A stretch of DNA of 64,000 nt, taken from a virus (Duplodnaviria; Caudoviricetes). Made by a program: the position numbers and the translations under genes. The DNA lies in the IMG/VR virus record IMGVR_UViG_3300005573_001593, positions 23,534 to 87,533 of that record; one strand, 5' to 3'. This document shows positions 19,270 through 27,720 of the stretch, one piece after another; position 1 is the first letter of the stretch, and each line of letters begins with the position of its first letter. The notes beneath the pieces are model-generated. The model was given only the letters and a program-made list of their open reading frames with translations. It was not told the origin of the DNA and searched no databases.

Positions 19270-19389
19270 CTATAGCAGCCGGTCCCATACCCACGCAATC
19301 AGCGCGTCTAAGGGCCGGTTGAAGATGGAAAGCACATTCACGATCTTGAACGCGAGCGCGAGCAAGACCGCATCGAATGAGGCGCGCAT
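19270..19389 (-). CDS. Small hydrophobic 39-aa protein (not in ORF track)
   Basis: MRASFDAVLLALAFKIVNVLSIFNRPLDALIAWVWDRLL; starts 3 nt after the upstream stop and its stop overlaps the holin SD. Confidence 0.55.
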   Translation of the reverse strand: MRASFDAVLLALAFKIVNVLSIFNRPLDALIAWVWDRLL

Positions 19390-19392
19390 AGA

Positions 19393-19992
19393 TCACCCGC
19401 GATAGAAGAGACTCGTGACGCCATGCTCATCCATCCGGCGCTCGAAGTGGATGCCAGCGTGCTGCTCCAAGAGCGCACTGAAGACGGCGAATGTTTCGTC
19501 GCTGAGATCGAGCAAATGCTCGTTGTACCACTTCACAAATAGCGTCGCAGGAGCGGGTGACGGGTGTGGCGTCTCGACACATTCGCTCGTGCCGTCTGCA
19601 TTCTGCCGGTAGGCACTACTCCAACTGGTCACGACCAGTTGGCCCGCGATAGGATTGGGGATGCCTTCCACATAGAACTTGTGCGGCCAGCCATACTTCC
19701 GGTCGGCGCGCTCCAATCGTGCGACGCCTCTTTCCAACCAATAGTACAAATCCTGCGGATGGATGGAGCCACAATAACCACAGGTGCGATAGGTCTCAAA
19801 ATACGGATCAGGCCAGTCGGGATGCTCTCGCATCCGCGGCTTGCCACCGCTCGGCTCACGCCAGACGCAGGAACCAGGATACCGTTCTGCCTGCCAATTG
19901 CCATCATGGCAGGTGGGGCGTTCCGGCCAGGCCAGCGTGTCGGTGAACTGTGGAAACGCGCTGGCATCAGGAACGGGTATGGGAATGTCCAC
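19393..19992 (-). CDS. Phage hypothetical protein with CGYCGSIHP motif
   Basis: 199-aa ORF in the lysis region with a CxxC motif. Confidence 0.7.
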   Translation of the reverse strand: MDIPIPVPDASAFPQFTDTLAWPERPTCHDGNWQAERYPGSCVWREPSGGKPRMREHPDWPDPYFETYRTCGYCGSIHPQDLYYWLERGVARLERADRKYGWPHKFYVEGIPNPIAGQLVVTSWSSAYRQNADGTSECVETPHPSPAPATLFVKWYNEHLLDLSDETFAVFSALLEQHAGIHFERRMDEHGVTSLFYRG

Positions 19993-20003
19993 TTGAAACC
20001 CTT

Positions 20004-21005
20004 CTACGCCCGATAGGCCAGGCGTGTGCCCGCGTAGATCAGATTGCCGCCACGGCAGTTGGGCTGACCGTGCGCGCGTGCTGCCGCATCCAGTACCGCC
20101 TTGTTCGGCAGGTAGAGCTGGTGGAACCAGTTGCGCAGGTGCAGCTTGGCCGCGATACTCGACAGTGAATCGCGGTCCTGAATGACGTAGTAGCGGACGC
20201 GTCCCGGCGCGACGGTTGGGCGCGAGGTAGGCAGCTTGATCGGCGCCGCATTGGTGAGTGGCTTGCCCATCGCGCTGGCAATGGCCCGCACCAGATTGGG
20301 ATTGCCTGTCGCCAGCCGGTACTCCCAGAGCCAGATGGTATTCTCGTGTCGCGCGAGCGCCTGTTTCGCCAGCGCCAGTGGGTCGTTCGGCCCGAACTCG
20401 CTCGACAGATCGAATGCCGGTTCGATGATGCCCGCGCCGAGGGACGGGAACTGCCCGTCCTGCGTGGCGAGCCAGGCATCATACTCCTGCGGCACCCAGC
20501 AGTTGACGCAGTCCTTGATGGCTTCGATCACACCGGACCAGTATTGCTGGCGCGGATCAGCCCAGGTCGTGAGCCACAACTCACCCTTGACCGGGCGCAT
20601 CAACTGCTCAAACCGCTCGGCGGCCGCCACCTGCCCATCGTATTCCAGTTCCATATCGACCATCGCCATGCCGTCACAGGCGTCCATCGCCGCCTTGATG
20701 AGGCTGACCTCGGCGTTCACCTGCGTGATGGGCCACTGGCCGTTGTGCGTGCCATAGTTGTAGACATACGGGATGGCCCCGCAGCCACCGCTCAGGATGG
20801 CCTTACGGATGCTGGCGATGCGGGCGTTCGGGTACCACTGCTGGCTGCCATCGCCGACCTTGAAGGCCAGCGTGTCCACGCCCATGTGGCGGGCGATCTC
20901 GGCGGCCTGCGCGAACTCCGTGTCGCTCCACCCGTGCGAGTAGACAGGACTGAGGAACAGGCCCACCTTGCCCGCGAGCTTCGTCAATGCCGCTGCTGTT
21001 GTCAT
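20004..21005 (-). CDS. Endolysin: glycoside-hydrolase-like barrel plus LysM-like C-terminus
   Basis: AMVDMELEY (DxE, GH25-like), PQEY; C-terminal YYVIQDRDSLSSIAAKL...NLIYAGTRL is LysM-like. Confidence 0.75.
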   Translation of the reverse strand: MTTAAALTKLAGKVGLFLSPVYSHGWSDTEFAQAAEIARHMGVDTLAFKVGDGSQQWYPNARIASIRKAILSGGCGAIPYVYNYGTHNGQWPITQVNAEVSLIKAAMDACDGMAMVDMELEYDGQVAAAERFEQLMRPVKGELWLTTWADPRQQYWSGVIEAIKDCVNCWVPQEYDAWLATQDGQFPSLGAGIIEPAFDLSSEFGPNDPLALAKQALARHENTIWLWEYRLATGNPNLVRAIASAMGKPLTNAAPIKLPTSRPTVAPGRVRYYVIQDRDSLSSIAAKLHLRNWFHQLYLPNKAVLDAAARAHGQPNCRGGNLIYAGTRLAYRA

Positions 21006-21655
21006 GCGGTTGTCTCCTGCTTTCTGGCAGCGGGCGCACGTCTGCGCCGTCGCCGCCGCTGCGCACCAGATGCACCAGATGCCGGTGGTGCCGCCGGGGT
21101 ATGGGTAACGGTCGTGGGAAGTGCCACGAAGGGCTGAGTGTTCGCGCCCGCCGTGACGACTGCCGTGACCGTCGGGGGAAGATGGAATGATTGCAAATAC
21201 GCTTCGATACGGGTGAGCCGGGCGATGAACTCGTCGTCCTGGGCCGTCTGATGCTGAGCGACCTGTTCGATGTCGTGCAGGATGCGCTCAACGTTGTGGA
21301 ACGTCTCCTCGGCCTGGATTTCCGCGTGACGAGCGAGCACATTCTGTCCGGTCTGGAGCGCCGGAAGCGCCCACAGCTGGATCAGGTTCGACAGGAACAG
21401 GCAGAACACAAACGGATAGGGGTCGTGGCTGAACGGCGGCACGCCTAGCGTCGCCAGCAACATCCAGCCGATCTGCCAACCCATCAGGACATAGAGCGCG
21501 GTCACCGTACCAAAATACCGAGTGATAAGCACCGCCAGCCGCTGGTTGAATCCGGCGACACGGCTTGTGGCGGCTTTCTCGTCTCGCTCCGCCTGATGGA
21601 TGGCGTTGGCGCTCTGTGGCTGGTGCGGATGCCGGATGTGCGCATACAGGCTCAT
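21002..21655 (-). CDS. DUF1003-family membrane protein
   Basis: FNQRLAVLIT..FGT, DPYPFVFCLFLSNLIQLWALPALQTGQN; ATGA overlap with the endolysin. Confidence 0.85.
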   Translation of the reverse strand: MSLYAHIRHPHQPQSANAIHQAERDEKAATSRVAGFNQRLAVLITRYFGTVTALYVLMGWQIGWMLLATLGVPPFSHDPYPFVFCLFLSNLIQLWALPALQTGQNVLARHAEIQAEETFHNVERILHDIEQVAQHQTAQDDEFIARLTRIEAYLQSFHLPPTVTAVVTAGANTQPFVALPTTVTHTPAAPPASGASGAQRRRRRRRAPAARKQETTA

Positions 21656-21787
21656 GGGTCTGTCGCTTTCTGTGGACGAGTAGACGACAATGCCCGCATG
21701 GAAACCGCGCCCCGTCACAGTTGCTTACCAGCGAGGAGGAGTTGCCGCCGGTGAGCGCGGGCCGATTATGTCGTCAGGGAAGGAGCG

Positions 21788-22411
21788 TCAGGCTGCGGAA
21801 CGCTTTGCGCGCGACGTATTGCCTCGCGGCGTCTTGGACGCAGGTGTCACCGTTGCTGCTGGAGCCGTTTTGGCCACTGGTGGGAACGCATCGGCTGAGA
21901 CATCGTCGGCGGGCGTCGAGTCTTGAGGCTGGTAGACCATGTCGTGCAGTTTGACGAAGCCCCAGATGCGATGCCAGTGGTCGAGATAGGCGCGCGCGTA
22001 GTCGGCATCATAGACGAAGGTCAGCGTGTTTGACTGCGCGCTCGCGGACAGAGAATAGTTCCAGCTGCCCGACTCGACGGCAGAGTCATCCACGATTGTG
22101 GCCTTCGTGTGCAAGATTTGGTGGTGAACGGGCGACGTACCGATCAGAAGCGGCACACCGGCATCCACCAGTTTCTGCACTTCCTGCGACTCCGCGCGTC
22201 CCTCCGCCTGCGAATGATCGAGGATGATGTTTACCCGTACGCCATCTCGATGCTTGGCAATGAGCAACTCGGTCAGGGCAGGCAGATGGAAACCGTAGAT
22301 TAGGATGTACAGCGATCGTTTGGCGCTGCTCACGAACGTGAGGTATTCCTGGGCTGTGGCATCGAACGGCGCGAATAGTGTGCGAACAGCAACGTGAGCT
22401 TCAGCTGGCAT
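21788..22411 (-). CDS. Phospholipase D superfamily protein (single HKD, Nuc-like)
   Basis: SLYILIYGF, GVRVNIILD, HTKATIVD (HxKxxxxD) and GSWNYS. Confidence 0.88.
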   Translation of the reverse strand: MPAEAHVAVRTLFAPFDATAQEYLTFVSSAKRSLYILIYGFHLPALTELLIAKHRDGVRVNIILDHSQAEGRAESQEVQKLVDAGVPLLIGTSPVHHQILHTKATIVDDSAVESGSWNYSLSASAQSNTLTFVYDADYARAYLDHWHRIWGFVKLHDMVYQPQDSTPADDVSADAFPPVAKTAPAATVTPASKTPRGNTSRAKRSAA

Positions 22412-22422
22412 AGGACACTCCG

Positions 22423-23037
22423 TCAGGCGACGAGGGCACACATGAGACTATTTGGGGTGACGATTTCAGGGTCAGGAAACAGATCGGCTGCATGTGGGTA
22501 GTCGGCGTGCAGCAGGAAGTCCGCGGCCAGATGCGAGCAATCGAAGGCGTGTGGATCCACCAGGAACAACCCGTGCTTGGGAAAGACCCGCGCCATGACG
22601 TCATCGCCGATATCCGGCCAGCCGTAAGCATGTCCCTTCTGGCGACTGAGCCATTCCAACCCGTCAGCCAGTGCTCGTGACGCCAAGACGCGCGACGTGG
22701 GCAACAGCACATATCCCGGCTTGGTGGAGTGAGCGTCGATGCCTGTGGTGAGTGCGCCAATGGCCTCGGTGGGGGAGACGGCGATCTCCACATGCACGTA
22801 TGGCCCGCGCGTCCACCACTGGATGAGTCGGGAGGCGAGCGAGCCGTGCCCGACGTAGAACAACAGGTCTCCAGCCTGTGGCATGCCTCCATGCGAGATA
22901 GGCGCCAGCTTGACCGGTACTGTCGTGGGAGTTTCCACAATAGCATGGGTCATCGTGACAGTGCCGCCCGCATTGACTGAGGACAGGAGCCCGCCCGTAA
23001 TGAATACCTGTGGGGCATCGGATAGCGTCGTGCTCAT
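22423..23037 (-). CDS. Permuted papain-like (YaeF/YiiX, NlpC/P60-type) enzyme
   Basis: GDLLF...YVHVEI (His first) followed by YGW...FDCSHL (Cys later). Confidence 0.75.
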   Translation of the reverse strand: MSTTLSDAPQVFITGGLLSSVNAGGTVTMTHAIVETPTTVPVKLAPISHGGMPQAGDLLFYVGHGSLASRLIQWWTRGPYVHVEIAVSPTEAIGALTTGIDAHSTKPGYVLLPTSRVLASRALADGLEWLSRQKGHAYGWPDIGDDVMARVFPKHGLFLVDPHAFDCSHLAADFLLHADYPHAADLFPDPEIVTPNSLMCALVA

Positions 23038-23342
23038 AGCGTCACCTCCCAATAGACCGGACCAAAGTAGCGTGTAGCGCCGCTGGGGAAGGTGACGACG
23101 ACGTAGAGCCGGTAGACGCCAGCGTTCAGCGTCTCGCCCGCGCCCCAGGTGTACGTGACCTGACCGGTCGTCGTATTGATGGTGCTAAAGGTGCCTGTAC
23201 CAGCGACCTGCGTACGTGTGCGCGCGTTGACGATCAGCAGTGACGGCGTGCCATTGGTGAGCGGTGGCACAGCGCCGGTAGTGTCGAGCAAGGTGACCTG
23301 CAACGGCTGTGTCTGTCCGGCAGGCCAGGGAGAGATTGCCAT
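23034..23342 (-). CDS. BppU N-terminal-like baseplate/structural domain protein
   Basis: GQTQPLQVTLLD, TGQVTYTW...TLNAGVYRLYVVVTFPSG. Confidence 0.65.
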   Translation of the reverse strand: MAISPWPAGQTQPLQVTLLDTTGAVPPLTNGTPSLLIVNARTRTQVAGTGTFSTINTTTGQVTYTWGAGETLNAGVYRLYVVVTFPSGATRYFGPVYWEVTL

Positions 23343-23351
23343 CGCGTGTTC

Positions 23352-25091
23352 TCACTCCTCTGTGGCGTAGAACGTCGCCGTCGCGTCTAGTGCGGCAAAG
23401 ATGGCTGTGTCGTCTACGCAGGTCAACGTCGCCGTCGCGTCCAGCGTGATCAGCGTGGCGCTATCGTCTCCGGTGCTCAGGACCGCCAGCCCGTCCAGCG
23501 CCGTAAGCGTGACCACGACGTAGTCGACCGGCGCGTAGGTGATCGCCTCGCTGCCGGTGGCGCTGTCGGTGATGGGAATGGGGATGATCGTGAGCTGGAT
23601 GGTGCTCACGATCTCGCTGCCCGTTGCGCTCTCCAGGACAGGCAGCGTGACCAGCGCGCTTTGCAGTTCTGCGCCCGTGGCGCTATCCACGACGGTAAGG
23701 CGCACGGGGGCCAGCCCCACGCTCTCGCTGCCCGCAGCGCTGTCGCCTACCGCCCGAGAGATCAGCAGCGTGAGCGTGTCGCTGCCCGCCGCCGCATCGG
23801 TGAGCGGGACCGTGACCCCGTTGATGGCGATGGCCTCGGCTCCCGCGCCCGTATCGCCGACCGGCAAGATGACCGGTCCCAGCGCCAGCGTGTCCTGCCC
23901 CGTGGCGCTATCCGAGATCGTGAGCGCGGTGATGTTGTTGCCCGCCACGCTCACGCTATCACTGCCGCCTGCCGTATCCACCGGAGCGAGCGTGACCGTG
24001 ATCGTCTGCACCTCGCTGCCCGTCGCGGCATCTGCCACGATGAAGCTGACCTGATTGCTCAGGCTCTCGCTGCCGCTGGCGCTATCCACGACGGGTGCGG
24101 ATGCCGTGACCGTGATGGCCGCGCTGCCAGCGGCGCTGTCGGCCAGCGGCACGGAGATCGTGGCGAGACTGACGGCCTCGCTCCCACTCGCACTATCAGG
24201 CACGTTGAACGGCTGGATAGTGACGCTGGGCGCGTCGCTGCCTGCCGCGCTGTCACTGAGCGCGATGCTGACCGGTGCCAGCGCCACCTGCTCGGTCCCG
24301 TTGCCGCTATCCGCGAGCGGGAGCCCGATGACGAGGCTACTGTCGGCTCCAGCGGCGCTATCTGCCAGGCTGATCGTGACCGTGGCGAGCGTGACAGCGT
24401 CCGTGCCTGTCGCGCTATCGGAGACGGAGACAGCTGTAGTGCTGCTGGCAGGTGGCTGAAGGACAATCAGAAACGCCTGCCCGTAGTCCGAGATAGACGG
24501 CGTGGCGCTATACGCGCCGTAGCTGCCCGTGTTCGTGGTGGGCAGCGTCCAGCCGTCCAGACCAGATCCCGACAGCCCCGATGTCACCTCCGTCCAGGTG
24601 CCAGGCGATATGGAGTAGACGGCGCCGTTATAGTTGCTGAAGAGTGCCAGGAGCCAGCTATTGGCAACCGTGGTCGTGATGGCGGGCAGCGTCCACGCGG
24701 CAGTGGAGGCGCTGGGTGAACTGCTGTTGTAGGTGCTGTACGCGCCGATCGGGGTGGTCCCGTCCGTCCCACTAAAAGCCGCGCAGATGTATTGCATCCA
24801 GCCGGTGCCCTGGCACGTGAAGGCATAGGAGGACGGCTCACTCGCGCCTGCAATGTGGTAGAAGGCCTCCGAGTAAATGCTGCCAGAAGCCCCCGACGTG
24901 CCAGTACCAATCGTGGAGCCAATCTGCGTCCAGCCGGACGGCACTGTGAGCGGCGTCTTGGCAGAGTCCTCTACCGTCACGATGGCGACTAACACGTCGC
25001 CCGCTGCGACTCCGGTTGGCACCGCAACATTGATGGTAGAGATGCCGTTGCCGCTGCCATGCGTCGCGGTACCAACCTGTGCAATCGCCAT
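23352..25091 (-). CDS. Virion fibre/minor structural protein with about 16 DSAxGS(D/E) repeats
   Basis: N-terminal GDVLVAIV-type beta domain followed by 18-22-aa tandem repeats. Confidence 0.75.
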   Translation of the reverse strand: MAIAQVGTATHGSGNGISTINVAVPTGVAAGDVLVAIVTVEDSAKTPLTVPSGWTQIGSTIGTGTSGASGSIYSEAFYHIAGASEPSSYAFTCQGTGWMQYICAAFSGTDGTTPIGAYSTYNSSSPSASTAAWTLPAITTTVANSWLLALFSNYNGAVYSISPGTWTEVTSGLSGSGLDGWTLPTTNTGSYGAYSATPSISDYGQAFLIVLQPPASSTTAVSVSDSATGTDAVTLATVTISLADSAAGADSSLVIGLPLADSGNGTEQVALAPVSIALSDSAAGSDAPSVTIQPFNVPDSASGSEAVSLATISVPLADSAAGSAAITVTASAPVVDSASGSESLSNQVSFIVADAATGSEVQTITVTLAPVDTAGGSDSVSVAGNNITALTISDSATGQDTLALGPVILPVGDTGAGAEAIAINGVTVPLTDAAAGSDTLTLLISRAVGDSAAGSESVGLAPVRLTVVDSATGAELQSALVTLPVLESATGSEIVSTIQLTIIPIPITDSATGSEAITYAPVDYVVVTLTALDGLAVLSTGDDSATLITLDATATLTCVDDTAIFAALDATATFYATEE

Positions 25092-25132
25092 AGCGGGACT
25101 CCGGTGCTAGCGAGGAATGCCCTGCGAGCGAG

Positions 25133-25969
25133 CTAGGAGATCGTGAGTGTCATCGACGGCTGCCAGGTGGTTCCGCTTGCCTTGGTCCCTTGGCTACTTA
25201 CCACGCGGTCGAGACAACTGCCGCCGCTGGTGGTCGAGTTGCTGCCATTCCTGTTCGATACCACGAACTCGTTCCAACTGTAGTTCGCCACCGACGAGCC
25301 AAACGTGGCCCGGAAGACGATGTTTTCGGAGGAGCCACCGGTGATGGACGGGTAGGTCGCGTCCATGCCGACATAGGTCTTGTTGGTTGTCGCTTGTAGG
25401 TCTGCTTGCGTGTTGGCCGCAGCCGTCGTGCTGTCACCTACCCCGATCATCGCCTGCGCGTTGTTGAAGTAGGCGTCCGCGCCTGCCGCCGCGCCCGTGG
25501 AGTTGGTTGTGCCGGAGCCAACCGCCTGATTCCAGAGCGCCTGCACCCCCGCGATGAGGAAGATGTTTTCGAAGACTTCCTCGAACTCGCTGCTCTCCGG
25601 CCGGTGATTGCGCTTCAAGAGCGCGTCGGCCTCGGCGCGGATCTTCGCCGGAAGTGCCGCGAAGTCCTTGACATCCGCTTCGGCCACGCCCAGCGCCTTG
25701 GCGGCGTAGTACTCAATCGGCGCATCGTACCGGTCGATGCGCCAGACACCATGTAGACGCGCGTGCAGCGCCTCATGCACATCGGGATGGTCGGGGCCGA
25801 GATGCTTGATGAGCTTGACCAGTGCGGGCGAGAGCAGCCGATGCACGAGTGGCTGCCAGACCGCCAGCGGCAGATGGAATCCGGCGTGGTCATAAATGCC
25901 GCCGGGCGTGTAGAGATGCTGGTGGACGACCGCCACCTTCTCCGCGCCTTTGGCCTGTGCGACAGACAT
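25133..25969 (-). CDS. Phage tail/baseplate-associated protein
   Basis: C-terminal IGVGDSTTAA...VFRATFGSSVANYSWNEF pattern seen in phage tail proteins. Confidence 0.65.
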   Translation of the reverse strand: MSVAQAKGAEKVAVVHQHLYTPGGIYDHAGFHLPLAVWQPLVHRLLSPALVKLIKHLGPDHPDVHEALHARLHGVWRIDRYDAPIEYYAAKALGVAEADVKDFAALPAKIRAEADALLKRNHRPESSEFEEVFENIFLIAGVQALWNQAVGSGTTNSTGAAAGADAYFNNAQAMIGVGDSTTAAANTQADLQATTNKTYVGMDATYPSITGGSSENIVFRATFGSSVANYSWNEFVVSNRNGSNSTTSGGSCLDRVVSSQGTKASGTTWQPSMTLTIS

Positions 25970-26053
25970 GCGAATACCTCCCTCGCCCGCGTTGGCACGC
26001 GGGGTCGTGATGACAAGAAAGAACGGATGAGGCTATGGCGTGCCTGGGCGCGC

Positions 26054-26521
26054 TTAGGGCTTGACGGCCAGATGCACGCTCACGCCGAGCAGGTTGAGGA
26101 TGATCTGCAACAGAAAGAAGATCAGCACCGTGTAGAGCGCAATCGTGCGCGCATCGAAGTGCTCACGCAGGCTGTTGGTGAGGCTGGATGCTTCTTTGGC
26201 GGCGACGGTCACGTCATTCTTGGCTTCCAGGCGGGTTGCCGCTACGTCCTGCACGGTCGCCAGACGCAGGCTGTCGCACTCCTTCTGGAGCGCCGTGACA
26301 TGTGCTTCGAGCTGTGTCACTCGTACCGCGCTGCTCGCGTTCTGGTCCTTGATGCCATCCAGCACGACGGCCAGTTCCCGGCGGGGCATGTAGACATCGG
26401 GGAGCGTGTCACGGTGCTGGTCAAACGCCTTCTCCACCGCCTCGATCTTGCTGGTGAGCTTGTCTTCCAGCTTGTTGATCGCCGCGATGACATCAGCATA
26501 GGTTGCCGTTTGCGCGGACAT
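26054..26521 (-). CDS. Coiled-coil protein with C-terminal membrane anchor
   Basis: GAGGAG SD; ends TIALYTVLIFFLLQIILNLLGVSVHL. Confidence 0.7.
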   Translation of the reverse strand: MSAQTATYADVIAAINKLEDKLTSKIEAVEKAFDQHRDTLPDVYMPRRELAVVLDGIKDQNASSAVRVTQLEAHVTALQKECDSLRLATVQDVAATRLEAKNDVTVAAKEASSLTNSLREHFDARTIALYTVLIFFLLQIILNLLGVSVHLAVKP

Positions 26522-26617
26522 GGAACTCTCCTCGTGGTGGGTTTCACGATCCGGTGGAGAGCTACCAGACCGGCTATCAGAGGTGGACATGATATCTTGC
26601 TCGCTTGACTTGCGGCC

Positions 26618-26971
26618 TCATGCCAGGACATCAGACGCGGGCGGGGCGTCAGGGACGCTATCAGGCGTGTTCGGCGTATCCGTGCGTCGCAGCAAGAGAT
26701 GTTCAAAATCCAGATGCCACTTCTCACCACGTTCCGGATGGACAGGGTAATGCCGGGCGAGCCACGCGGTCAGGCTTTCGTCCAGATGCTGCGCCAGCAA
26801 TTCCGCGCGCCGGGCCTTGTTGGCAAAGTCCAGATATTCTCGACGGATGTCTTCTAGCAGCATGGCGCGCTGGCGCAGTTCGTCCACGTGATCGTGGTTG
26901 ATCTGAATGCTGTCCGGCTTGACGGCGCTCTGCCGTCGTGGGACATCGCGCGATAGCTTGCTCCGACCCAT
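26618..26971 (-). CDS. Hypothetical phage protein
   Basis: GGAGG SD; helical composition. Confidence 0.6.
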   Translation of the reverse strand: MGRSKLSRDVPRRQSAVKPDSIQINHDHVDELRQRAMLLEDIRREYLDFANKARRAELLAQHLDESLTAWLARHYPVHPERGEKWHLDFEHLLLRRTDTPNTPDSVPDAPPASDVLA

Positions 26972-27018
26972 TACCGGTTCCTCCACTAGCTGATGTATAG
27001 CAACCTTAGAAAGGAAGG

Positions 27019-27720
27019 TTGCTATACATGCATCGGTACACTCGCTTGTCCATTCTGCTTGTTGTCGTGGCCCTGCTGGCCGGATGCGGAACTGCCAGCG
27101 CGCAGAACGCGACCTCTCACCCGTTGCCTCGCGCTCTCCTGTTTATTGGCGATTCGCTCACCGGTGGTTATTACGCCACCGACCAAACCCATGATTATGT
27201 CGCACATGTGACAGCGGACCTCGGCTTGCCAGCGCTCTATCTCAGCAAGCACTACGGCATTCGCGCCGATGAGGTGCAGGCTGAAATCCAGCACGGGCTG
27301 GCCATTCCACCCGCGCGCATCACGGTTGTAGAACTGGGCACCAACGATTTCAGTGGCTATTCGCTCGTCGGAGCACACACGCCAGAAGGGCTCGCAGCCT
27401 TTACTACGGCCTATCGTGCGCTGCTGGGCGAGATCCGCCACGTCGCGCCCAGCACACGATTAGTCTGCATTGGCATCTGGCACGTGCCGGGTGACACGAA
27501 TGACCTGCATGAGACGGCAGGGAGCTATGACCAGCACATCGCCAGCGCATGTCAGGCGGCCCACGGCACCTACGTTTCGCTAGAGGCCATCGCCGCCAAT
27601 GGCGCGTACCGTGGACCAGTAGGGCAACACACGTGGCTGGGCCTCAATGATGGCTGGCATCCCAATGATGCGGGCCACACGGCCATCGCCGCGGCTATCG
27701 TCCACGTGCTGGGCCACTAG
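27019..27720 (+). CDS. SGNH/GDSL hydrolase lipoprotein (moron)
   Basis: Signal peptide with LLAGC lipobox; blocks FIGDSLT, GTND and DGWHPN. Confidence 0.9.
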   Translation: MLYMHRYTRLSILLVVVALLAGCGTASAQNATSHPLPRALLFIGDSLTGGYYATDQTHDYVAHVTADLGLPALYLSKHYGIRADEVQAEIQHGLAIPPARITVVELGTNDFSGYSLVGAHTPEGLAAFTTAYRALLGEIRHVAPSTRLVCIGIWHVPGDTNDLHETAGSYDQHIASACQAAHGTYVSLEAIAANGAYRGPVGQHTWLGLNDGWHPNDAGHTAIAAAIVHVLGH

